The notes under the pieces were generated by a model. That model was not told where the DNA came from and made no database searches. It saw only the letters and a list, made by a program, of their open reading frames with translations. From assembly GCF_963506605.1 (NCBI RefSeq), contig NC_083276.1, positions 73,594,001 to 73,658,000 on the forward strand: 64,000 bases of DNA. The letters are read 5' to 3'. This DNA is from Zootoca vivipara. Its lineage: Eukaryota. Positions 1-11,572 of the stretch are shown here, in pieces (positions within the stretch are counted from its first letter, which is position 1; the number at the start of each line of letters is the position of its first letter). The position numbers and the translations under genes were made by a program.

Positions 1-28
1 TTTCGTGTGCATGCACACTTCTTCAGAT
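1..28 (-). mobile_element. Penelope-like element terminal-repeat fragment with partial hammerhead core, cut by the window edge
   Basis: Identical to 55152-55179; minus strand reads ATCTGAAGAAGTGTGCATGCACACGAAA. Confidence 0.75.
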
Positions 29-29
29 T

Positions 30-117
30 TTTTATATTTTGTTGGTGGCCACCCAGAGTGGCTGGGAAAACCCAGCCAGATGGGTGAGGTATAAATTATC
101 CTCCTCCTCCTCCTCCT
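30..117 (+). mobile_element. L2 LINE 3' tail fragment ending in (TCC)n
   Basis: CCACCCAGAGTGGCTGGGAAAACCCAGCCAGATGGGTGAGGTATAAAT matches the 3' UTR that follows the L2 RT-coding fragment at 32830-33418. Confidence 0.8.
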
Positions 118-554
118 ATCAGGCAGCCTGTCTGTTGGTAGGCTGGACTACTAAGAGGTGGTTGCTGGACTCTTACTCCCGCCATTCCTGGTTGGCCTTA
201 CCGGCAACCTGGCTACATGGCAACTTATCACGCTGCCCTTCCAAGCTATCTCTGAAGCGTTTAGGTACCACTCCTTCAATACCTCTTATGTTGATTACCT
301 CACAAGCTACAGAGTCTGTTCTCCACATTTCCACATTTTTTTAAAAAAAGTCTTCATTAAAATTCATCAATATTTTAATGCAAATTTATCATAATATGCC
401 ATTTTCATGCAGTTTTGCCTAATGCACAATATACCTAGGAAGCAACCGTAGCATTGTCCTGAGTAAGTTCAGTCCCACAGTGCTGGAAGAGCTCCACTAA
501 ACCTGGTCTGGATCTTTGGATCGTTCCTCTGCTGAGCAAGCACATAGCATACTG

Positions 555-723
555 CAAGAGCCCGTTCTTTGCAGGTAGAAGGTCCCCTGTTGAAATCATA
601 GCATCACCAGTTTTAAAAATAGCAGTCCTGAGGAAGACCTTGGCCAGGGAACGTCTACTGCCAGATCAGAGTAGACAATCCTGGGATGGCTGGTGTGACT
701 CAGTAGAAGGCAGCTTCATGTGC
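555..723 (+). mobile_element. Degraded Squam3/Ther1(MIR)-like tRNA-derived SINE
   Basis: Similar to 4234-4426 (AGAAGGTCCC...GTAGACAAT...GACTCAGTAGAAGGCAGCTTC). Confidence 0.6.
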
Positions 724-2019
724 ACACCTTATTTGCTTTGCTGTTTCCGTCTTTGTGTGACCATTGCACAACATGAAACGGCCTCTTTTCCTGCACTCCA
801 AACAAAGCCTGGCTCTTGTAACGTGGATCATAATAACTAAAATGTAGTATATCTGTCTGAGTATTTTAGGAGCAGGGTGGAGAAGAAATCATCCTGCCTC
901 TGGAGGGTAGTGCTCGGGATAAGGGTGACACCAGGAGATCTGAATGGTATGGAAAGAGAAAGCTTTCCCCCACTGGGTAACCCGGCAGCAACTGCTATTT
1001 CAGTAAACATATCATTTTGTGTTCAGTAAACACACATTCCAAAGGAATGCTCTCATTGTTTTTTTGCTCTGTAATGCATTAATGAAGAGATAAAGTTTAG
1101 GTTGTGTAATGGTGACAGCTTGAAGTCATTTTGCCGAGTGTTATTTCACAGTGAAGTTTTGGAATGAGAGGTAGAGGAAAGACCTGATTTGATTTTTAAC
1201 GTACCAACATGTGCAAAAAAATAGAAACATATGGAGAATTAATCTACATGCCCCACCCCAATAAAACTACTTCTTTCACTCTGAACCTGTTACGCATGGG
1301 AGTGTCTGCAACAGATAAAACACAAAGCGGGTTATATGAGGCTCTTGTTTTGATTTTTGTTTTATTTTTGCTTCGAGTCTTTGAATAGTGAATTCATTTC
1401 CCGATGTAGTAAACATTTTCGATGGCCAGGATCCTTTTCCACAAATGAACACAAAAACTCCGGTCTAGCTCACCAGAAGCGCAGTCTATGCACAAAGATG
1501 TATCAGCTACATTTTCACCTTAAACACACAACCACCAAACAAACAAACAAACAAACAAGAAGTACTGTTGGTGTGTTTTAAACATGTGATTGTTTCGACC
1601 TCCCAGTGCAAATGGGAAGTGAGTAAGTAGACTTTTACATCAGTATTTACCAACTGAAGTGGATCTGTCTGCATGGTAGTAATGTCACCATCACCCAGGA
1701 AACAATTCTTGCTGCTCCTTGCTCATTAACAACTGAGGATTGAATATACACATTCCTACTCTTTACGACTCCATGTGCAGTATGAAAATGTCTTCTGACA
1801 GCTCATCCTTTCTGCTATTAAAGCAAACAATGGCTCTATTTGAAGAAATCAGCAATGGACAAGGCAATTTTAATTCTGGAGCCGGGAGCAAAATATTAAA
1901 TAAAAAGTTAACGTAGACAGCTAGAAATTACTTATCATCATAATACTAAAATCTACCTCAAGACTTCAATTCTAAATGTCTCTTGTGCATGTTCACCATG
2001 TTATGTCTGAAACATCAAG

Positions 2020-2200
2020 TAATAAGAGCAGAAGAACCCTGCTGGATCAGGCCAATGACCTATCTAGTCCACCATCCCGTTCTCACAGTGGCCAGCCAGA
2101 TGCCTGAGGGAAACTCAGAAACAGGACCTGAACACAACACAGTTTTCAGCAACTGATATTCAGAAGCACTGCTGCCTCCAACCGTAAATCATCTTTGATG
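2020..2200 (-). mobile_element. Old CR1-type LINE 3' end fragment
   Basis: CTGCTGGATCAGGCCAATGACCTATCTAGTCC...CACAGTGGCCAGCCAGATGCC; a related copy follows at 2268-2470. Confidence 0.55.
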
Positions 2201-2267
2201 ACTTACAAGTAGTATTGAGCCATGAAATACCACAGATGGAACTTTCAGATTACCTCATCTCATTTAA

Positions 2268-2470
2268 GAATATAAGACAAGCACTGCTGGATTTGACCAA
2301 AAGATAATTTAGACTGCCATTCTGTCCTGGCAGCGGCCAGCCAGATATTTCAGGGAAGTCCATAAGTGGTACAGGAGCACAATAGCACTCTCCTGTTTGT
2401 GATCCCCAGCAATTGGTATTCAGAGGCACACTGCCTCTAATACTGGAGGGAATGTAGCTATCATAATTAC
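2268..2470 (-). mobile_element. Old CR1-type LINE 3' end fragment, second copy
   Basis: Colinear similarity to 2020-2200 (CTGCTGGAT..., GGCCAGCCAGAT, CAGCAATTGGTATTCAGA...CTGCCTC). Confidence 0.55.
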
Positions 2471-2562
2471 CACCGAGCGTCTTCAAACAAAATGCTTTTA
2501 ATACAGTCCATTCATACATTCACCTGTGAGTAGTTAAAGGAAGAGAAATAGAGCTGCATAAA

Positions 2563-2685
2563 TCAGGGATGTGGAATCTGTGGGCCCTCATCTGATGTTG
2601 GCCTACAACTCCCACTAACCCAGCATGGGAAGGATGGAAGCTGTAGGCCAGAAACATCCGGAGAGTCACAGGTCCCCCATCCTTG
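2563..2685. mobile_element. Old hAT (Charlie/Buster-like) MITE related to 53723-53858
   Basis: CAGGGATGTGGAA left end; internal GATGTTGGCCTACAACTCCCA...GCTGTAGGCCAGAAACATC palindrome. Related decayed copies near 11246-11370, 24146-24275, 27490-27613 and 37583-37715. Confidence 0.55.
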
Positions 2686-4233
2686 CTGTACAATTGCATG
2701 GGTGAATCAGCCCAGAGAATCTTGAGCATCTAAAACCATTTGCTTTGTCCAGCCATTTTCTGACCACGAGTCGACACAGCAACCAATTATATACATTGGT
2801 AAAAGCCACAAGTGAAATCTGTAACAACCACTTGGAAGGGAAGGGGAAGGGTTCAAACCCTAGTTCAGTCATTGACACTTCCCAAATTATAAAATAGGAG
2901 CAGTAGGGATCTGTCTCACAAAGCTAAGAAGAATAAAATCTCCAGTGTTCTGAGGTATCCTGCAATGGCTGTCCTGAACTTCCCATTAATTCTGAGAGGA
3001 GCACAATAGAATATTATATAGCAAACGGTGTACGTCCAAGTGGGCATGTAGTAATCAATAAAACCTCCAAGAAAGATGAGGTGCATTTTTGAGGTATACT
3101 TCTAGTTTAATGCAAAGCCGCTTTCTTTTAGATTACACCATTGTTACTACTGGTCATATTCTTAGGGGATAGAATCAGGAAAAAGGTGGGTAATCTGTCT
3201 GCTTGCCTGCCTGCCTGCCTGCCTAGATATATCAGGTGTCCAAGACCAGGGTAAAATAGAGACTCTTCAGCATATAATGGAATCTATACAGTGGTGATAC
3301 CGGATGCACTTCTATGGGGAAGGTTCTACAATTTAGGGGCTGTCACAGAGCCAGTTTAAGGGCTGCCCTTTCCTGGGACGCCATCCCCACACTTCTGAGG
3401 GTGTCAGAAATACCAGTTTGCTGATCTTAACACCTGAAAGGGAGTGTAGGGAAGAAGGTGGTCTTTTGGATATTTTGGGCATGAGTCATTTGTGAGCACC
3501 TTAACTGAACCTAGAAATAAACTGGCAGCCATATATGAGCATGACTCTCTCCTGCTTTTGAGTTACTTCTTCCAAAACTGCAGCCTTGAATTCATCAAGC
3601 AGTGTCAGCCAGCTCTGCCCTGAACAGCCCACCACAAAACTCCTGGGCGTATCCATCTCCATCCTCTTCTTTAGAGTTCTTTAAAAAAAAATGTGTTGTA
3701 TATATTATTCATGTCTTCTGGTTGAACTTTTTCATGGTTGTATTTTAATCTCTGTAAACACTGAATTCTAAGAAAATTGGAAATGGAGCAAAACAAGGCC
3801 AGCCTGTTCAAAACGATGTTACAATTTAATTTGTTCTTCGCTAATTGTATTTGTAGGAAATGGACAATAAAGGACAAAGCAGTGCACTGTGCTTTCCAGA
3901 ACATCATAATTGTGTGCACATGCCAAAACATTGATTACATGTAGGCATTCTGGTTGATATTATGTGGAAGGGAAATGAGAATGAACTTGCTTAAGTAGGG
4001 GACCACACGGGAGCCAAGAAGGATGACATAGTGGTTACAGAAATAGCTTGAGGCTTGAGAAAGGAGGGTTGTTGTTTTTTAAAGTCCCAGGCTCCGCATC
4101 ATATTCCTTGTATTATCTGAGGAAAATGCATAAGTAATGTGTAAACGATCCAGTCTTCAGTTCAGCTTACTTTCCTCTGGGTAAATTCATTCTGAAGCGA
4201 GTGCAGGACTTGAATACATTACAGCAGCTTGGT

Positions 4234-4426
4234 GGGAAGGAGCAGAGCTCAGTGGCGGAGTGTGTGCTTTGCATGCAGAGTGGGACAGGATCCACCCCTG
4301 GCATCTCCACATAGCTCTGGGAAAGGCTCAACTCAAAAACCCCAGAGAGCCACTGACAGTTGGGATAAAACTGAGCTAAACGGACCAACAGTTCTGCTTG
4401 GTAGGAGGCGGCTTCCTATGCTCCTA
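4234..4426 (+). mobile_element. Squam3/Ther1-like SINE
   Basis: tRNA-like head (AGCTCAGTGGCGGAG...GGATCCACCCCTGGCATCTCCA), core, and GGCTTCCTATGCTCCTA tail. Confidence 0.75.
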
Positions 4427-4947
4427 CACAGTTAAACCGATGGGAGTGCTGCTACTGATCCTGCACTCCCAAATGTGTGACTCCCACCTTGCTGCTGCCC
4501 CACTTCAACCCTGCCCAGGCAAGCCACAGCAACACCAGTGTCAGGAGGGCTGCTACATAGTACTGCCCCACCGCACACAGCACAGCTGGTTTTAAGCCTG
4601 GAGGTAGGTCTGTCCTGGCACAATGCTCCTTTTTTTATATATCTCTGGGATAGGCTCAGACAGAGAAATTCATGGCTGATCAGGGTTGTGAATCCTGGTC
4701 TTCCCAGCAAAGGTTCAACGTGTTAATCAATACACCACCCTTTACCAATTCCTTGTTGTGATTGTTTCAGCTGATCTGAAGAAATTTGACTCTCTTTTGG
4801 GGGGGGCATGGCTAGGGATGCTTGCCTAGTAATTCAGAATTTATCATGACCACACTGCCCTTCAGAGACACAGAGGTGGAAAAGGTGTGCTTGTCCTATC
4901 TCCCCACTGCCCCAACAACTCAGCATTTCCTTCTCTCGCCTGCCACC

Positions 4948-5365
4948 CATAGCTGCCAAGTACCCCATTTTCCCCGGGAAACCCCCGTATTTTCTTACCG
5001 TTTCCCGCAGGTGTCCTGAATGGCAAAATACTCTGTATTTCCCCAGATTATGGAGCTCCTGCCAGCGGCCATGTTCTTCTGGTGCCACGCCGGCACCGGA
5101 AGTCGCTTCTACGCACTTCCGGACATGCGTAGAAGCGACTTCTGGTGCTGCGGACATTTTGGAAATGGGCACAGCAACATTGGAAGTCGCTTCTATGTAT
5201 GTCCGGAAGTGTGTAGAAGCGACTTCCGGTGCCACAGACATTTTGGAAATGGGCACAGCAGCATCGGAAGTCGCTTCTAAGCATGTCCGGAAGTGCATAG
5301 AAGCGACTTCCGGTGCCGCGGCGCTGCTGATCCCGGATTTTTCAATCCGGAACTTGGCACCTATG
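4948..5365. mobile_element. hAT non-autonomous element (MITE A) with internal palindromic tandem array
   Basis: TIRs CATAGCTGCCAAGT / ACTTGGCACCTATG; 8-bp TSD CTGCCACC (4940-4947) / CTGTCACC (5366-5373). Confidence 0.85.
5092..5318. repeat. 84-bp-period array: three ~56-bp palindromes separated by near-identical spacers
   Basis: GGAAGTCGCTTCT starts at 5098, 5182 and 5266; each unit ends AGAAGCGACTTC(C/T)GGTGC; spacer GACATTTTGGAAATGGGCACAGCA occurs twice. Confidence 0.95.
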
Positions 5366-5373
5366 CTGTCACC

Positions 5374-5527
5374 CAGGGGTGCCAACTTGAATAAAATATG
5401 GGGGGGGCAGGTAAGCCCCGCCCCACATAATCGCTCATATGACACCACACACACACACAAATGGCAATGCCCATTAAGTTGGGTTAGTGTGTGGAGAGTC
5501 TTCAGCTACTAGGAGTTGGCTGCTATG
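5374..5527. mobile_element. hAT non-autonomous element (MITE B), adjacent to MITE A
   Basis: Imperfect TIRs CAGGGGTGCCAACT / AGTTGGCTGCTATG (10/14); flanked by CTGTCACC (5366-5373) and CTGCCACC (5528-5535). Confidence 0.75.
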
Positions 5528-6579
5528 CTGCCACCTGTTCCCTGTAAATTGCCCCCTCCTAATGCCACTTTTCAAAGCAGAAGCAGCTGCTGAATTTTCA
5601 GGAAATCAAGGGGTGGCATAATGTGAATTTCCACCTATGGTTATCAGTGACAACTGTGGATACTGCAGAGTGTGCACAGAGCAGAGCAAGCTGCACATAA
5701 AACAGTTGAGGGGGTGTTTACAGAGAATCAATGTTCACATGGGACAGTTGCTCTGAAACGAGTTCCCTTTCACTTGTGGAGGCAACATCATGTTTCCCAT
5801 ATGAACAGATTGTGCCTCCTCAGTAGAAACACCTCCGATGTTTATCAGCTGCTCGCTGCTCAAGGGAAGCGAGCAGCATAGGAAATGGGGGCCTAGAACA
5901 CAAGAGAAGATCAACACTTCAGAGAGCAAGATCCTTCTTGAACAATTTGCCCTGAGGGAAATATTAACAAATTTGACATGTAGCCTTGCAGTCCGCAACT
6001 ATTCCATCTGCAAAAGTGGAAAATAGCAAAAATGCTTTACATATTTGGAAGCATTCAGATACTACAGTAATGTGGGCCAGATAAGTATCGTAGCAGAGCC
6101 CATCAATCTTTTCCCTTCATTCTTGCTTGTCTGGTTGGTATTTGTTGAAAAATGGAAATATTCGGAGGTAGTGAAAAATTCAACTGTACTCCACGAAAAC
6201 CTGGAGGCAGGTGGGTAGGTGGGGGGGGGGAATTAGGACATATTATCTAGGTAGAAAGGCCATGCATAGGAGAGGATTGGGACATGCTATCTAAATAGGA
6301 AGTAGAGGCCACACAGAAAGGTGACTCTAGGCCTGGTGGGAACAAACATTTCTGGGTTAGGCTTCTGGAATAATTGGCGAAGGCAAGAAATTAAATAGCC
6401 TTAAGCACAGTAGGAAAATGACTTGTTCACAGATATGTCCACCATAAAAACAAAAAGATGTGAGACTAAGCCTCAGGCTTGCATGACAAGTAACCTTTAA
6501 GGCAGGGGTGGGAAACTAAAGACATCAAATGTGTGTCCCTCAGAACTCTCCCACAAACCATACCACTTACCAACCCTGC

Positions 6580-6850
6580 ATTTATGTATTTATTTATTTT
6601 AAAATATTTATACCACTATATCATTAAAAAAATTCAAAGCAGTATACAACAATATCTTTATATAACAAAACCTAACTAACAAATTTAAAATCAGAGACCA
6701 ACAACTAACTATAAAAGGAGACAAATTCTCGGTTGCCTGCATATGTCTGGTAGCACAGGAAAGTTTCCAGCAGGCATTTAAAGGTTGGAACAGAAGGCAC
6801 CTGCTGAGTTCATTGGTAGAAAATTACATTTTCTTACTGCTGGAGCTTCT
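6580..6850 (-). mobile_element. Old L2-like LINE 3' end
   Basis: (TTTA)n tail, A-rich 3' UTR complement, then GAAAGTTTCCAGCAGGCATTTAAAGG... resembling the antisense of an L2 ORF2 C-terminus. Confidence 0.45.
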
Positions 6851-7234
6851 AAACCAGACATGGTAGCCAGGTAAGGGCATTTTCTTCCAAGAAAATGGTA
6901 TGGTAATATTGGGACACAATGGTTCTCTACAATGGCAGTCATATTTGGCATTATCTGTTCTTTTGTTAAGCATATTCCTTGCCCTACTTCCGTCTCTGAG
7001 ATGGTTTGTCTTGCTTGCCACACTTGCCGTTATGCCTGCAGAGGCTGTCACCCAAAGCTATTTAAAACCAGTGCTTTTATCAGCATGGACAAGACTTTCT
7101 TCATCAGTCATGTAAGCGATGTGAAGTGAGAAGAGGGTCCCTTTTATGTCAAGAAGAGCACTAAGTGTAAAGAAGGCCTCTTGGTCCTGCTTATGGCATC
7201 CTTTGGGGCATTATTTATTATTCTGTATATCACC

Positions 7235-7805
7235 CTTAAAAAAGCAGAGACATCTTAAGAAGCAGAGACATCACCTTGCTGACAAAGGTCCGTATAGTTA
7301 AAGCTATGGTTTCCCCAGTAGTGATATATGGAAGCGAGAGCTGGACCATAAAGAAGGCTGATCGCCAAAGAATTGATGCTTTTGAGTGTCAGACCCTATA
7401 TATATATATATAGGGTGCTGTTCTATATATATATATATATATATAGGTGCTGGAGGAGACTCTTGAGAGTCCCATGGACTGCAAGAAGATCAAACCTATC
7501 CATTCTGAAGGAAATCAGCCCTGAGTGCTCGCTCACTGGAAGAACAGATCCTGAAGCTGAGGCTCCAATACTTTGGCCACCTCATGAGAAGAGAAGACTA
7601 TCTGGAAAAGACCCTGATGTTGGGAAAGATGGAGGGCACAAAGAGGAGGGGACGACAGAGGAAGAAATGGTTGGACAGTGTTCTTGAAGCTACCAACATG
7701 ACTTTGATGAAACTGCGGGAGGCAGTGGAAGACAGGAGTGCCTGGTGTGCTCTGGTCCATACGGTCACGAAGAGTCAGACACGACTAAATGACTAAACAA
7801 CAACC
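7235..7805 (+). mobile_element. BovB (RTE clade) LINE, 5'-truncated 3' end
   Basis: AGCAGAGACATCACCTTGCTGACAAAGGTCCGTATAGTTAAAGCTATGG; translated pieces CWRRLLRVPWTARRSNLSILKEISPECSL and LEKTLMLGKMEGTKRRGRQRKKWLD; ends ACGACTAAATGACTAAACAACAAC. Confidence 0.92.
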
Positions 7806-9059
7806 AAGGAGGTTGTGGTGGAGAACATGCCCTCTTCTTTGAACATTTTGTGGTCACTTAAGTTGAAATGGTGTGACTAGTCCAAGCAGAGATCTGAACA
7901 CACATTTCTGTGGTACCAAGAGGTTCATTCAGTGAGTGTCCTTCAGATTAATCCTTTTTAAATAAATGGATCCCTCCTTATTTGGATACAGGGAATGCCT
8001 GCCACCTGCCACCTGCCAAATGTTAATACACTTTTCTCCTTTATTGTAGCAGAATGAAAGATTTGAATGGATATCCTGTCCTTCATCTTTGCAAATCTCT
8101 TGTCCTTTTGCAGCCATTGAAGATAGCGTGGGAACAACACATTAATATTTCCATTGTTAAGCTATATATAGATCCTCCCCCTACAGTATTTATATATTCT
8201 TACATCATATAACCATTATAAAAAAGAAAGTGATTGAAACTGCTGAATAATGTAAGAATGATCGCCTGTACATTAGTTCCGCTGTCATGGACATTACCCG
8301 TAGCTCTTTGAGGTTTCTGTAATTCTTATTCCGCCCAGTGTCATATGGCATCTATGGTGACATTACAGTAGTGAAAAGCTCATTTAATAAAACAGTAACT
8401 TTTCTAGTGTATTGAGCTCAGTAATTATATAACAGAGAAGCCTTAGCAGACATTGCATTGTGTTTACGCTCTTGTCTGTCGGTTTGCTGCTGCTCAATTT
8501 CCATTCCTTTAGGACTTAAGTGTAGCCAGTGTCATTTTGTGTAACTATTTGGACAAGATTCTCATTTTTAAATTCACAAGCAAATATTTTCTTCCTGAAA
8601 TATGGGTCTATCTATGAATGACAACCACTCCTCCTATTTTCAAATAATCTTAAGCTAGAACTGGAGAATAACCTTGAAAACTATCACCAAAATTTCCTCT
8701 CCCCTTTGATGATTTTTGAACACAGTTTCTTTTCTCACTAATTGATGGGAGAATGTTTGGGGCCAAATACAGCAGAAATGTCTGGCACAACCATAGTTTA
8801 CATTTAGAAAAGAACCTCAAGTCCTTAGCAAAGCAAATCCTTGTTCTTTGGACGATACAGCAGAGAGACTCATTCCTTGACTTTTTAAAGAGACCTGGTA
8901 AGGTCCAATACTGCAAAATCACAAAGTAGATCGGAAAGAAAAAAAATGAAATACTTTTGAAAATTAAATTCTGTGAATTTCCAAATTTCGCGATACATAG
9001 TTTGAAAGAAAGATTTCAAAATCCAGAATTTGAACCTGCATCATTTTGGATGTTATATA

Positions 9060-9191
9060 NNNNNNNNNNNNNNNNNNNNNNNNNNNNNNNNNNNNNNNNN
9101 NNNNNNNNNNNNNNNNNNNNNNNNNNNNNNNNNNNNNNNNNNNNNNNNNNNNNNNNNNNNNNNNNNNNNNNNNNNNNNNNNNNNNNNNNNN
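9060..9191. other. Assembly gap (132 N)
   Basis: Run of N. Confidence 1.
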
Positions 9192-9728
9192 ATGCTTTTA
9201 TTTTGATAGTCATCTAATGTGGAATCTGATAAGCTGTCAGTAGTCAAAAACTAATCAACACTCCATGTTAGCCATCAAGTACTCTCAGGTTCTAAATTTT
9301 GCTGAAGGTTTTCTGTCAAATGCTCTCAGGTATTAAATGCTGTTGAATGCCAACCATGAAATGCTGTTAAATACAATATTGCAGTGATTTTTAACCTGTC
9401 ACTTGGGAGAACTCTGGATTCCTTGAATCTTCATGAGAAGTTGAATAACATCAAGCAAGGTTTCTGAAAAACAAACAAAACACACAATTCCCACTGTTAT
9501 GCATCTGCTTTTCAATGTTCTGATACTATGATTTTTCCTTTCAGAGTGTTTTAGGGCACACTCACAGTTGCCAAACACACATGGACTGAGTGTGTCCCTT
9601 AGAACCCTAGGATCCTTTGCACTCAGAGAATCTTCGATTTTAAAGTACTGTACCTTGGAATTAATCTAGTGTGCAGTCTGCTGCTCAGTGGCAGGAATCT
9701 TGCAACGACAGCCTCCCTGGCAGATGGC

Positions 9729-9779
<51 letters not shown>
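9729..9779. repeat. (AAT)n microsatellite
   Basis: About 17 perfect units. Confidence 0.97.
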
Positions 9780-9780
<1 letters not shown>

Positions 9781-10070
9781 TATTGGAATCCTCCGTAGCA
9801 GATGTACAGGGATTCCTTGGCAGACAAATCCATGTGGAAAGTGTTTCCTAAAGACAGAAAGTTTAAACCAAACCACCAGATATCAGCTATCAGTATTGCC
9901 AAGTAGCAACACCACTGCATGTTAGCTATCAAGTACTGTCAAACATATAAACTGTCAGGTGTCAGACCTTGAGTTCCAGTATCAATGAGTGACAAATACA
10001 GGCACCCAATATTCATTAAGGCTGAACTTGCCCTTTCCCCCACTCCTCCCTCCAAATCTGTTTACCGTAT

Positions 10071-10182
10071 CTGTTTAGGGAAGCTTTTAATGTTTGATGG
10101 ATTTCTGTATTTTAGTGTTTTGTTGGAAGCCGCCCAGAGTGGCTGGGGGAACCCGGCCAGATGGGCGGGGTATAAATAATAA

Positions 10183-10231
<49 letters not shown>
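10071..10231 (+). mobile_element. L2 LINE 3' end with (ATT)n tail
   Basis: CTGTTTAGGGAAGCTTTTAAT...GGAAGCCGCCCAGAGTGGCTGGGGGAACCCGGCCAGATGGGCGGGGTATAAAT followed by (ATT)n. Confidence 0.88.
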
Positions 10232-10234
<3 letters not shown>

Positions 10235-11386
10235 CTTGCTGTAAGGCTAAGAGCAAGAACTATATTTATTATCGATTGTAAGCCATTTTGCAAGGCATTT
10301 TCACCTGATATGGGGTGAAAGTATTTTAAATAAAATAAACAAATCAGTTGGTCCTGACAATGGTCTCCTCCTCATGTTGAATCCTGGAACGTCATCTTGC
10401 TGCTAAATCTGCCTATTGTACAAGGGTTGAAGTGACTTATTGATTTCCTTTCCTATCCAAAGGGATGAATGCAAGGGTGACAAACCACATCTGTTTTGAG
10501 GAGGGCAAACAAACTGTCAGATCATTTTCTAATGTAACTTATTTAACCTCAGAAGCTTCCCCTTGATCTGGTGGTCACCATATCAGCTGCCTTCTCTTTT
10601 TTATAGCTTGCATGGGTACCTGCAAAATACTGCTGCTGTACTAGCGCTTCAAGTTAGTTTGCACCCTAGGCCTAATTTGTATATTCTGGCCTGCCAAAGC
10701 TTGAGAGCCGCTCCCTCCTTCAGACCCCCCTGCCTTTAGTGATCATGAGGATGTGAGTGACTTGGAGCGAGTGCCAGAGCCAGATTGTGCTGGTTTGTTG
10801 TACCGCCACAATACAGCATGGTGGTTCATGTCAAACAAGATACGCTCAAGTAGCACTGCACAAAGTGAGAGACTGTCCCAGTCACACAGAGTGTGCAGGG
10901 AACATGGCAATGCTGTTCCAGTGCTTTTTTTCTGTTGTGATTGACTCCCTCTGCCTCAGATGGGTCCCTGCACTTGGGTAAGCATGCCAGCCTAGCCTTC
11001 CACTCAAGTTCCATAAGGAGTTGTTTAGGTTATGGTTTTTATAGGCATTTAACACACATTTGACGCAATTCTAATGTTCAGAACTGCCCCGGTGAAAATG
11101 TGAGTCTGGCCCTTCACTTAATCCTGCTGACGAGTGATGTAGTGGTCAATTTTGAAGTGCAGAAACTCAGCCCCCTAGGCTATAACCAAAATTGCAGGTA
11201 GTTGGGTTGATCCTCTATCGATCCATATCAGCACACGTGGGCACAGGTGTGAAGAACCTTTTATCTTCCAGGTATTGCTGAACAACAACTTCTATCAGCC
11301 CCAGCAAACATGGCCAATGGCAACTGTAGTTCAGAAAATCTAGAAGGCCAAAGTCCCCTCCCCCCCACTGGGCATAGTGTAATAGC

Positions 11387-11490
11387 CAATTTGTCAAGAA
11401 AAGCACAAGTACAATCCTAATTTGCACAGTTTCCTCAGTTTCAATTTATCAAGAAAAGCACAAGTACAATCCTAATTTGCACAGTTTCCT
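11387..11490. repeat. 49-bp local tandem duplication
   Basis: 11387-11435 and 11442-11490 differ at one base and are separated by CAGTTT. Confidence 0.95.
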
Positions 11491-11572
11491 GGACGTAAGC
11501 TCCACTGAACCTAGTAGTGCTTATGTCTGACCACATAGGTTCAAAATATAAAAGACACTGAGCTTTAATGTT

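Noticed and set aside
5092-5318. CRISPR-like palindromic repeats with regular spacing
   Set aside because: The spacers are near-identical to each other, there are no cas genes, the context is vertebrate, and the array lies inside a TIR/TSD-bounded MITE.
4834-5512. ORFs of 208 aa and 117 aa with internal repeats
   Set aside because: By-product of an 84-bp (3n) GC-rich palindromic repeat that is open on both strands.
8957-9247. ORFs spanning the N run
   Set aside because: Artefacts of the assembly gap.
9666-10318. Poly-Ile/Asn/Tyr/Leu ORFs
   Set aside because: Translations of (AAT)n microsatellites; the same applies to 33272-33602.
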